Position numbers and translations under genes: made by a program | Shown: positions 36,901-43,651 of the stretch, piece by piece | Numbering within the stretch: the stretch's first letter is position 1 | How the letters are laid out: each line of letters starts with the position of its first letter | From: a candidate division Hyd24-12 bacterium UBA6080 | GTDB taxonomy: Bacteria; Fermentibacterota; Fermentibacteria; Fermentibacterales; JCC-6 | Direction: 5' to 3' | NCBI GenBank assembly: GCA_002436025.1 | Contig: DIXM01000009.1 | Span: 51,735-115,734, forward strand | DNA length: 64,000 nucleotides | Notes under the pieces: generated by a model | Database searches by the model: none | What the model was told of the DNA's origin: nothing | The model's input: only the letters and a program-made list of their open reading frames with translations

Positions 36901-36977
36901 AGATCGAGCGAGGCCTGAATGCCGCCTATGCCGCCCCCGAGCACAAGGACCGCGCCTGTAGGGTCAAGGGGTTTCAT
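33942..36977 (-). CDS. hdrA: Large HdrA-family flavo-iron-sulfur protein with two FAD (thioredoxin-reductase-like) modules
   Basis: Two dinucleotide-binding motifs (VLGGGIGGIQASLDLADSG; VVGGGIAGMVNALALASLG). Two IQCVGSRD...C..CC motifs. TFPTNDCSMCIL. Internal HdrA N-domain (IGVFICHCGINI...VVVAACTPRTHEPLF...NIRDQCSWVH). Inserted and C-terminal ferredoxin domains. Confidence 0.9.
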   Translation of the reverse strand: MKPLDPTGAVLVLGGGIGGIQASLDLADSGFKVYLVEKLGAIGGTMAALDKTFPTNDCSMCILSPKLVECGRHLNIEILTNSEFLGIEGNPGAFTATVRQEPRYVDPLKCTGCGECAKKCPVGLPDPFNRGLNGKKAVFRLYEQAYPPSFEIDMDVCRKCRLCEKTCSAGAIDLCMEPKTLALYVGAVIACPGFEAFDAGLLANYGYGAFPNVITSMEFERILSASGPYQGRLLRPSDGKAPRNIAWIQCVGSRDTHRVHNNYCSSVCCTYAIKEAVVAKEHSGSELGTTIFYIDIRTHGKGFERYYERAKSCHGVRFVKSEIHRIYRDRSENLTLRYVENGAIREEVYDLVVLSVGMVQGSANREMAKRLGLELNEHGFCATGVFSPVGTSSPGIFAAGAFTGPKDIPETVMGASAAAAEASALLAGSRHNLTLAKSYPRETVAAGGKPRIGVFICHCGINISSVVNIAEVKAYAQTLPNVVYVDDALFSCSQDNQHRIKDCIATHRLNRVVVAACTPRTHEPLFMETMREAGLNKYLFEMANIRDQCSWVHQDQPEMATQKAKDLVRMSVAKAKLIEPLFQTRLDVNRSALVVGGGIAGMVNALALASLGFGVHLVEMSSVLGGNARRLHSTIEGMDVPGFVKELSERISNEPLITLHTESRISDVRGFVGNFTTTLEHTSGGGRTEVTHGVAVIASGGEPYRTGEYLYGQSPRVFSLLELEGEVAAKNPLVLGARNIVLIQCVGSRDAERPYCSRTCCSKSVKIALEIRKASPDANIYVLYRDIRTYGFLEQYYLEAREAGVQFLQYDPEQKPTVELVIRDGEERVRVTVTDLILNEELSVDADVLGLATAIVPSPGARELAGMFKVPLNEDGFFMESHIKLRPVDFPSEGVFVCGLAHSPKLIGESMIQAGAAASRAAVILSRDFIEAGGTVSFIDRNRCRGCGLCVELCPYGAIDLVDNESIAAVNEALCKGCGVCASSCRSGAAGIKGFTDNEIFSMIQTSVLRS

Positions 36978-37418
36978 GAATAGTTTTCTGCTCTCCCGTA
37001 AGATGGCACACCAGATTAACGCGCATTGCCTGTTGCGGTGGAACCGCCACTTTGCATCTGAAACCTTGGAAAACTAAGTCAGCTCTGAAGTTACCGAACA
37101 CGCCGAAGTGGCGCCGGCCCGGGAAAGCTATCCACCCAGGCCCTCCGCTCCAGAGCAAAAATAGCGTGTTGGGCGAGCCAAGGCAATCTCCACCGGGGGG
37201 TAGCGAACGTTCCTGGCACAGTGCCGCTGCAATCCCACTCAGCATTGCATCCGGCACATGAGGATTATTAAGCCTCATCGCTCGGGGAACAGTCTCTTTA
37301 CCTGTTCTGTCAGCCCTTCACATCACCAGCAGTCATTGCGTAATGAGATGAAATGCGTCATTGTGCATCCATCGGTATCGAGAGGTGCCTTCTGTTCTGC
37401 GGAAGTGGAAGGAGCAAT

Positions 37419-38177
37419 GTGAAGCAGGTCAGGGCTGCCGATCTCAGGCTTGTGTCAGCGACCTTCGAAGAGGCTGCTTCATTGATCATCGAGCAGGCCG
37501 CAGGCCGCTGCGAAAAGACTGCCGTGGTAGTTCATGTCAACGCAAGGAATTACCACTACCTCATGAAGGAACCCGGCCTCGCAGAAGCCCTTTCCAGAAG
37601 GACGATTACGATTCTCGATGGAATCGGTCTGAAGGTTGGGATCTGGTTGTCGGGAAAAGGCTGGCATTCTGATCTGAACGGGACCGATCTGTTTCCCATC
37701 GTCATGGAAAGAGCATCTCAGAGAGCTCTGCGGGTCTACCTTCTGGGAGGTCTGCCGGGGGTTGCGGAAACAGCAGCGTTGAACACACAAACGGCCTACC
37801 CCGGGTTGGATGTGTGCGGAAGTCATCACGGCTACTTCGCCGAATCTGAAGAGGAAGCCATAATGCTGGAGATCAACGGCCTGAAGCCGCACATCCTTCT
37901 CGTGGGAATGGGTTTTCCGCGGCAGGAGCACTTCTGTCTGCGATGGGCGGAGGCGGCCGATGTGAAACTGATGTGGAACGTGGGGGGTTTGTTCGACTTC
38001 ATCTCACGGAAGAAGCCAAGAGCCCCCCTCATGATCAGAAGACTTCGCCTTGAATGGCTTTACAGATGGTACGTCGAACCGGTAAGGCTTTTCAGGCGCA
38101 CCTTCCTGGAAGCGCCGCTGTCGATTGCCAGGATCGCCGTTTCCGGCCTCCGCGGAAAGGGGGCATGCCCCAGGTGA
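37419..38177 (+). CDS. WecG/TagA/CpsF-family glycosyltransferase (GT26)
   Basis: LLVGMGFPRQEHF...WNVGGLFDFISRKKPRAP...RRLRLEWLYRWYVEP signature. GTG 37419 preceded by GGAAGGAG; the track start is ATG 37353. Confidence 0.85.
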   Translation: MKQVRAADLRLVSATFEEAASLIIEQAAGRCEKTAVVVHVNARNYHYLMKEPGLAEALSRRTITILDGIGLKVGIWLSGKGWHSDLNGTDLFPIVMERASQRALRVYLLGGLPGVAETAALNTQTAYPGLDVCGSHHGYFAESEEEAIMLEINGLKPHILLVGMGFPRQEHFCLRWAEAADVKLMWNVGGLFDFISRKKPRAPLMIRRLRLEWLYRWYVEPVRLFRRTFLEAPLSIARIAVSGLRGKGACPR

Positions 38178-39271
38178 GCACTGATGATGTCGTTTCCCGG
38201 CTCGTCGGAACCCCTCCCTATCTGATTCTGTTCGTCAGCGACAAATGCTGGATGCGCTGTTCCCACTGCTGGTACCACGATGCCTGGAAATCAGCGCATC
38301 ACCACGGAGAACCGCTTACTAAAACGGAGTTTGGGAAGATTGCCCGGTCAATGCCACGGGTGAGCTTTCTCTCGCTCACAGGCGGCGAGGCGTTCATGCG
38401 CGATGACATCGTCGAGATCGCAGGCATGTTCGGAAAGCTGACAAGACTTGAAAGGTACGACATCCCCACGTCGGGGTACGAGCCCGGGCTCATCCGGGAA
38501 AAGGTCGGGGAAATGCTGCGTGTCAATCGTGGGATTCCATTCAGGGTTGGCATCTCGCTGGACGGAACAAGGGAAGTTCACGATTCGATAAGGGGTGTTG
38601 CCGGAGCCTTCGACCGAACAATGAAGACCATTGAGCTGCTGAGGGAAGTGAAAAGGGAATGCCGGACCTTCGACATGGGGATCATCACGACCGTATCCAG
38701 GCAAAATCAGGAACATGTCAGGAGCATCGGCGCACTGGTGGAGGAGATCTACCCGGAAGGGGAGTGGCAGGTAAACTTCATCAGGGGCGATCCCCGGGAT
38801 CCGGGGGCGGCGGATATCTCCATCGGGAACTTCGAGCTTGCCCACAGGATGATAGAGGACCGCATCGCCCGGGGGTGTTTCGGAGGGCATGATTTCGGGT
38901 TTCTCGGTCCATGGTTGAGCGCGAAGAACTCGCTGAGAAGAAAGGTCATCCTTGAGCATGTGCGGAAGAGGCGCGCGGGGGTGCGCTGTGCCGCAGGCAT
39001 GCTTGGGGGCGTCGTTTTTCTCGACGGAGGCACATACCCGTGCGAGCTCATGGAGGAGTCCATGGGCAATCTGCGCGACTACGACTGTGATCTCTCAAGG
39101 CTCTGGAATTCGAAACGGGCCTCCGAGGTTCGGAAGCTGATCCGTAAAAAGCGGTGTTTCTGCACGCAGGAATGCTTCCTCACTGTAAGCATCCTCTCCA
39201 GTCCCGCCAAATGGCCCTCACTTGTCAGGGAGCGCTTTGCCCTGCGTCGGGCCAGGTCGTCGCTGAAGTGA
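38165..39271 (+). CDS. Radical SAM enzyme with SPASM-like C-terminal cysteine cluster
   Basis: CWMRCSHCW (CX3CX2C), LTGGEAF, and C-terminal CAAG...GTYPCE...CFCTQEC. The start is ATG 38165, or GTG 38174 (GTGA overlap with the GT26 stop). Confidence 0.8.
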   Translation: MPQVSTDDVVSRLVGTPPYLILFVSDKCWMRCSHCWYHDAWKSAHHHGEPLTKTEFGKIARSMPRVSFLSLTGGEAFMRDDIVEIAGMFGKLTRLERYDIPTSGYEPGLIREKVGEMLRVNRGIPFRVGISLDGTREVHDSIRGVAGAFDRTMKTIELLREVKRECRTFDMGIITTVSRQNQEHVRSIGALVEEIYPEGEWQVNFIRGDPRDPGAADISIGNFELAHRMIEDRIARGCFGGHDFGFLGPWLSAKNSLRRKVILEHVRKRRAGVRCAAGMLGGVVFLDGGTYPCELMEESMGNLRDYDCDLSRLWNSKRASEVRKLIRKKRCFCTQECFLTVSILSSPAKWPSLVRERFALRRARSSLK

Positions 39272-40452
39272 GGATACTGCATTGCGTTCTGTCCCTCGAC
39301 ATGGGCGGAGCCCATCGCTCAGCCGTCAACATCGCCTGCGCAATGAGATCGATGGGGCATGACGTATTCGTGCTGTACTCATCCGGTGGTTCACGGCGCG
39401 ACAAAACACATCCGATCCTTCTGGAAGAGCTGACGAAGGCGGGTGTGGTCGTTCTGAACATCCCCTCCATGGTCAGGGGACTCAACCCGTACAGGGACGC
39501 GGAAACGTTCTTCTCGTTCCTCGGCGCGGTCAAACGGATCAGGCCTGACGTCATCAACACCCATTCCGCCAAACCCGGGCTCATGACGGGCGCTGTAACC
39601 GGAATCCTCAAGGTGCCCCTGACGGTTCACACCCTGAGAGGCTTCATTCATGAACGAACCGGCTCAAGGCTTGCGTCATGGTTGCTTCTGACGGCTGAGC
39701 GGACCATCGCTGCGCGTTTGGATCGCATCGTTGCCGTTTCGCCTCTCCTTGTGGAGAAGGCGCTGCAAAAAGGCATTGGCAGGAGGCGCCAGTACTCAGT
39801 GATCAGATCGGGCATCGATGTCGGGCATTACAGGGCCCATCGTGACAGAGCCTCCGAAGCGCGGGGCATTTTCGGAATTCCTGCCGGGGCGAGGGTTGTG
39901 GGCTCCGTATGCGCACTCGTTCCCGAAAAGAGGGTGCTCGACCTCGCAAGGGCGTTCAAGGCGATTGGTGAGATCGATGGTGGAGCATTCTTCATTCTGG
40001 CCGGAGACGGCCCCCAGAGAAATGCCTTCCTTGATCAGGTCCGGTCCCTCGGTGACAGGTTCCGCTTCGCGGGTATCCAGCCGGACCCCGCGCTGACCAT
40101 TTCCGCAATGGACTGCCTTCTTCTCGCATCGGGAGCGGAGGGACTTCCCCGGGTCGTACAGGAGGCGTTCTGCGCTGGTGTTCCAGTGGTTGCCACGGAT
40201 ACCGGTGCAACAAGGGAACTGGTGAAGGACGGGGAAACGGGATTCGTTGTTCCGGTGGGTGACGTGAAGGCCATGACCGATAGCACTATCCGTATCCTGA
40301 AGAATGACGGCATGCGTCGGAAAATGTCGGTCAATGCAGGACAGTTGATCGGAGATGAGTTCGACACCGCAACTGTTGCGGACCGCTACCTGAAACTGTA
40401 CGAATCCGTGCTGGCTGAAGGCAGGGGTTCTGCCCCTGCCGCACCTTCCTGA
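39268..40452 (+). CDS. Glycosyltransferase family 4 (GT-B, RfaB-like)
   Basis: ILHCVLSLDMGGAHR N-terminus and the C-terminal E-x7-E region (SGAEGLPRVVQEAFCAGVPVVATDTGATRELV). GTG 39268 forms a GTGA overlap with the radical SAM stop. Confidence 0.85.
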   Translation: MRILHCVLSLDMGGAHRSAVNIACAMRSMGHDVFVLYSSGGSRRDKTHPILLEELTKAGVVVLNIPSMVRGLNPYRDAETFFSFLGAVKRIRPDVINTHSAKPGLMTGAVTGILKVPLTVHTLRGFIHERTGSRLASWLLLTAERTIAARLDRIVAVSPLLVEKALQKGIGRRRQYSVIRSGIDVGHYRAHRDRASEARGIFGIPAGARVVGSVCALVPEKRVLDLARAFKAIGEIDGGAFFILAGDGPQRNAFLDQVRSLGDRFRFAGIQPDPALTISAMDCLLLASGAEGLPRVVQEAFCAGVPVVATDTGATRELVKDGETGFVVPVGDVKAMTDSTIRILKNDGMRRKMSVNAGQLIGDEFDTATVADRYLKLYESVLAEGRGSAPAAPS

Positions 40453-40513
40453 GCCTGAGAATGACAAGAGCACGGAATAGGGTTTGTTACCCCTGCCCAC
40501 AAGTGGGTCGGCC

Positions 40514-40578
40514 GGGAAACACTTTTGCGAGCCTTGCCTTTCCCAGAAGGGGAAACATATTTCCCAATATGGGAACAC
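40514..40578. promoter_or_regulatory. Repeat-rich putative operator of the MNT-HEPN toxin-antitoxin operon
   Basis: GGGAAACAC (40514), TTTCCC (40539), GGGAAACAT (40550), TTTCCC (40560), GGGAACAC (40571). These form TTTCCC-N5-GGGAAA and GGGAAA-CATA-TTTCCC palindromes abutting the ATG at 40569. Confidence 0.35.
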
Positions 40579-41171
40579 TTTTTCATTCAGACGAAGCCGA
40601 TGCCCTGTTCGGAAAGGTGAGAAGAAGCCTGCTCTCAATCCTTCTTCTGAACCCCGATCGCTCCTACTTCTTCAGGGAGATTCGGGACCTTCTGCAGGCG
40701 GGGTCCGGAGCCGTTCACAGAGAACTCGCAAACCTTGTGGAGGCAGGCCTGATCACACTGACCAAACAGGCCAATCAGACCCGATACCAGGCCAACACCC
40801 GATCCCCGGTCTATCGGGAACTCCATGACTTCCTGCAGAAGACCGCCGGCATACCCCAGCAGCTCAGACAAGCTCTGAAGCCCATGGAGTCACATATCAG
40901 GATCGCCTTCATCTATGGAAGCTTCGCCGCAGGTGAGATGAGGCCTGAAAGCGACATCGACCTGATGGTTTGCGGGGACATTGAATTCGAAGACCTTGTC
41001 GGACTGATCCAGGAAGCTCAAACGAAACTTGACCGTGAGATCAACCCGGTGCTATACACGGAGGAATCCATACGTGAGCGCCTGGGAACGGGTTTTCTGC
41101 AGGGGGTACTTGAAGCGCCCAAGCTGTATTTGATCGGGGGTGACGATGAGCTTGCAGAAGTGGTTGGATAG
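40569..41171 (+). CDS. wHTH + minimal nucleotidyltransferase (MNT) domain protein, type VII antitoxin-like
   Basis: ArsR-like wHTH (FFREIRDLLQAGSGAVHRELANLVEAGLI) followed by the NTase motif YGSFAAGE...SDIDLMV. ATG 40569; the upstream part of the track ORF is unsupported. Confidence 0.8.
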   Translation: MGTLFHSDEADALFGKVRRSLLSILLLNPDRSYFFREIRDLLQAGSGAVHRELANLVEAGLITLTKQANQTRYQANTRSPVYRELHDFLQKTAGIPQQLRQALKPMESHIRIAFIYGSFAAGEMRPESDIDLMVCGDIEFEDLVGLIQEAQTKLDREINPVLYTEESIRERLGTGFLQGVLEAPKLYLIGGDDELAEVVG

Positions 41172-41601
41172 CGGGTTTCTGCGTACTGCGAAGCCTGTGG
41201 CAAAGGACATTGCCGAGAAATATCGCATTGCGGAGCGCAATCTCAGGGCTGCCTCCCTGGAGGGACAACCCGATGACATTGCCTTCCGGCTCGCCTACGA
41301 AGCCGTTGTTGTCGTCGCCCAGGCGCTGCTGCTGGCGGACGGCTACAGACCAGCAACTACCTGCAGCCATTACTATTCGATCGAGAGCCTTGAGTACACT
41401 CTCGGAGAGAGCCGGGACAAACTCATCCTTCTTCAGGCCATGGTCAAGAAACGTCATATCTCCCAGTACGAGATGATCGACACGATCAGTCCGGGAGAAC
41501 TCAAAGCAATGCTGAAGGAAGCCAGGCGGATACAGGACTTGGGTACCGCAATCCTTATGGCGAAACATCCCGAGTTGGCGGAATGGATCAGTAAGGGCTG
41601 A
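41146..41601 (+). CDS. HEPN-domain protein (toxin partner of the MNT)
   Basis: All-helical, about 150 aa, overlapping the MNT gene. Carries an R-x-x-x-x-Y/H type motif (VKKRHISQYE) as in PF05168-like HEPN domains. Confidence 0.65.
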   Translation: MSLQKWLDSGFLRTAKPVAKDIAEKYRIAERNLRAASLEGQPDDIAFRLAYEAVVVVAQALLLADGYRPATTCSHYYSIESLEYTLGESRDKLILLQAMVKKRHISQYEMIDTISPGELKAMLKEARRIQDLGTAILMAKHPELAEWISKG

Positions 41602-41672
41602 CAAGAAAAGACATCTCATGAAACGATCCCTCCAGGAGCAACCAAAGCCCATGCTCATCGGAAAACGGCATC

Positions 41673-42269
41673 ATGCACCCTGACGGCCTGGTTCGCTGCC
41701 CGTGGGTGGATCTCTCCAAGCCGGATTACATGGCCTACCACGACCGGGAGTGGGGAACACCCCTCCACGACGACCGGATGCTCTTCGAGTTCCTGGTTCT
41801 TGAGGGCATGCAGGCCGGGCTGAGCTGGTACACCGTGCTCCGGAAGCGGGAGAACTTCCGCGACGCCCTGGACGGGTTCGATCCCGTGCTTATTGCCCGG
41901 TACGATGACAGCAGGCTGGAACAGCTCCTTCAGAACCCGGGCATCGTACGGAACAGGGCGAAACTCAGGGCAACGGTATCCAACGCCCGGGCCTTCCTTG
42001 CGGTGCAGGAGGAGTTCGGGAGTTTCGACAGGTATATGTGGGGCTTCGTAAATCACCGGCCCATCGTGAACGAGATACGCACCCCGGCCGACTACAGGGC
42101 TAAAAGCCCCGAGTCAGACTCCATGAGCCGCGACCTTCTGTCCAGGGGATTCCGGTTCGTGGGATCGACCATCTGCTACGCCCACATGCAGGCCACGGGG
42201 ATGGTGAACGACCACTCGGTCGAATGCTTCCGGAGAGCGGAGATACTGGCTGCATCTGCCGGCGTCTAA
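41673..42269 (+). CDS. tag: DNA-3-methyladenine glycosylase I
   Basis: CPW...YMAYHDREWGTPLHDDRMLFEFLVLEGMQAGLSWYTVLRKRENFR...ICYAHMQATGMVNDH is the Tag signature. Confidence 0.93.
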   Translation: MHPDGLVRCPWVDLSKPDYMAYHDREWGTPLHDDRMLFEFLVLEGMQAGLSWYTVLRKRENFRDALDGFDPVLIARYDDSRLEQLLQNPGIVRNRAKLRATVSNARAFLAVQEEFGSFDRYMWGFVNHRPIVNEIRTPADYRAKSPESDSMSRDLLSRGFRFVGSTICYAHMQATGMVNDHSVECFRRAEILAASAGV

Positions 42270-42327
42270 CAGCTGCCACAGAAGGCAACCACCCGCTGTC
42301 TGCTTCTGAATCAGACCACACGGTCCG

Positions 42328-43329
42328 TCAGGGTGTTATGTTGAACACCTCGCAGCGATTCTGCGAGTTGACGGTCAACCCCCAGAGCTCGTTCATGCCG
42401 GGGTGCGAGATGAGTTCGTCGAGAGGGTTGGTCAGCGTGAGCCCGCTTACCGTTCCCTTCCATGCCAGGTCGGCCAGGTCGTAGATGTCGATGGTGTTGC
42501 CTGTGGAAACGGTGTACAGGAATACCGATTCACCAACCGGGTGCAGCGCGAAGACAGATGAGGATGGAGTGGCCTTGAACTCGACCATGCTCAGGTCATC
42601 GGCTTCCAGTATCGTCAGCAGGCCGTTCGCAAGAAGGAATACCCTTCCCTCTTCGCTGATCACAGGCGTGCATTCGGAACCCGTCAGGGCGTTCTGCGTC
42701 ATCTGGCACGTTGCCGGATCGAACTTCAGGATCATTTCGGCGGAGTACCCGTACGTGCCATACCCTTCAACCGAAAAACCCTTTGACACAGTACAGAGAA
42801 CCGTATCCACCCTGGAAAGGGAGGGTATCTCAAGCACCACGGCGTTCAGACCAAGGCACATGAGCACCTTGTCACCGCCCAGCATCGGGATGAATCCCGT
42901 TACTGTCTCGCCTGTGGTGAACTCCGCCTGCGTGAGAAGGTCTTCGCTGGCCAGGATGACCCTGGTCCCGCTTCCCTCCAGACTGGAATAGATGACATCA
43001 CCCGTCTGGGGAATTACGGCGAAGTGGGAACCGCTGCCTTCGGGAAGCTCCGGAGATGACTGAGTGTAGCCGTTCGCATAGCAGACCAGCCTGTCATGGT
43101 TCTCAGACAGATCGCTGATCCAGAAGTACACCCTGTCCTCATTCCCTGAGGGACACTGCAGACCGAAGACCTGGTTGCTTCCGGAACCCGAAGGCGCCAC
43201 CCAGCTGTCAGCCTTCTTCGCGGGAAAATCCTCGGGTGGCTGTTCTTCCGGGGGACCCGCCGCATTGTCGCCACATGCCGAAAAGACCAGAAGAAGTGAC
43301 ACCGAAAGGCAAAGCCACCATCTCAACAT
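42328..43329 (-). CDS. Hypothetical lipoprotein, probably beta-propeller-like
   Basis: Signal/lipobox MLRWWLCLSVSLLLVFSAC. GGAGGG RBS 5 nt upstream. No family recognised. Confidence 0.7.
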   Translation of the reverse strand: MLRWWLCLSVSLLLVFSACGDNAAGPPEEQPPEDFPAKKADSWVAPSGSGSNQVFGLQCPSGNEDRVYFWISDLSENHDRLVCYANGYTQSSPELPEGSGSHFAVIPQTGDVIYSSLEGSGTRVILASEDLLTQAEFTTGETVTGFIPMLGGDKVLMCLGLNAVVLEIPSLSRVDTVLCTVSKGFSVEGYGTYGYSAEMILKFDPATCQMTQNALTGSECTPVISEEGRVFLLANGLLTILEADDLSMVEFKATPSSSVFALHPVGESVFLYTVSTGNTIDIYDLADLAWKGTVSGLTLTNPLDELISHPGMNELWGLTVNSQNRCEVFNITP

Positions 43330-43560
43330 TGCATCCCTCCTCTATGACTCCCGATCCATCTGTTGGTGCAATGATGCTAATGCCGGGCCTCGGTGAACAG
43401 TGCAGGGGTTTCAGCTTTTGTGGCTTCAGGCATGTGGCATATAGGTGCGGTTCTGATGGAGCGGGGGATAGTTCCAAGAGTATCGATAACAGTTGTAACA
43501 GGATTGCAGTCGTTTTGATACTTCCGTTATCTGTCACGGATTTTCATGGCGGGCTGACCC

Positions 43561-43596
43561 TGAATCTGAATCAGAATCTGAATCTGAATCAGTATG
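43561..43596. repeat. Tandem hexamer/18-mer repeat (TGAATC-TGAATC-AGAATC)x2
   Basis: tgaatctgaatcagaatc / tgaatctgaatcagtatg. Five GAATC (GANTC) sites at exact 6-bp spacing, in the 322-nt gap between the hypE 3' end and the lipoprotein gene start. Confidence 0.8.
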
Positions 43597-43651
43597 AACT
43601 TCCCGAACCGGCTTGCCGGCGTTCCTTTGTGTTCCTGCGGGCCCGGGTTTC

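Noticed and set aside
37214-37231. sigma54-like TGGCAC...CTGCA element upstream of the glycosyltransferase cassette. A similar GG...TTGCA lies at 27583-27599.
   Set aside because: The GG-to-GC spacing is off by one or two bases from the fixed -24/-12 geometry. No enhancer-binding-protein gene is present in the window.
36964-37278. 104-aa minus-strand ORF in the hdrA upstream gap
   Set aside because: It overlaps the hdrA start in another frame, has no RBS and a low-complexity translation. The region is treated as regulatory DNA.
43561-43596. Tandem repeat considered as a possible CRISPR array or minisatellite
   Set aside because: It has only two 18-nt units with no spacers, and no cas genes are nearby. 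It is recorded as a simple tandem repeat instead.
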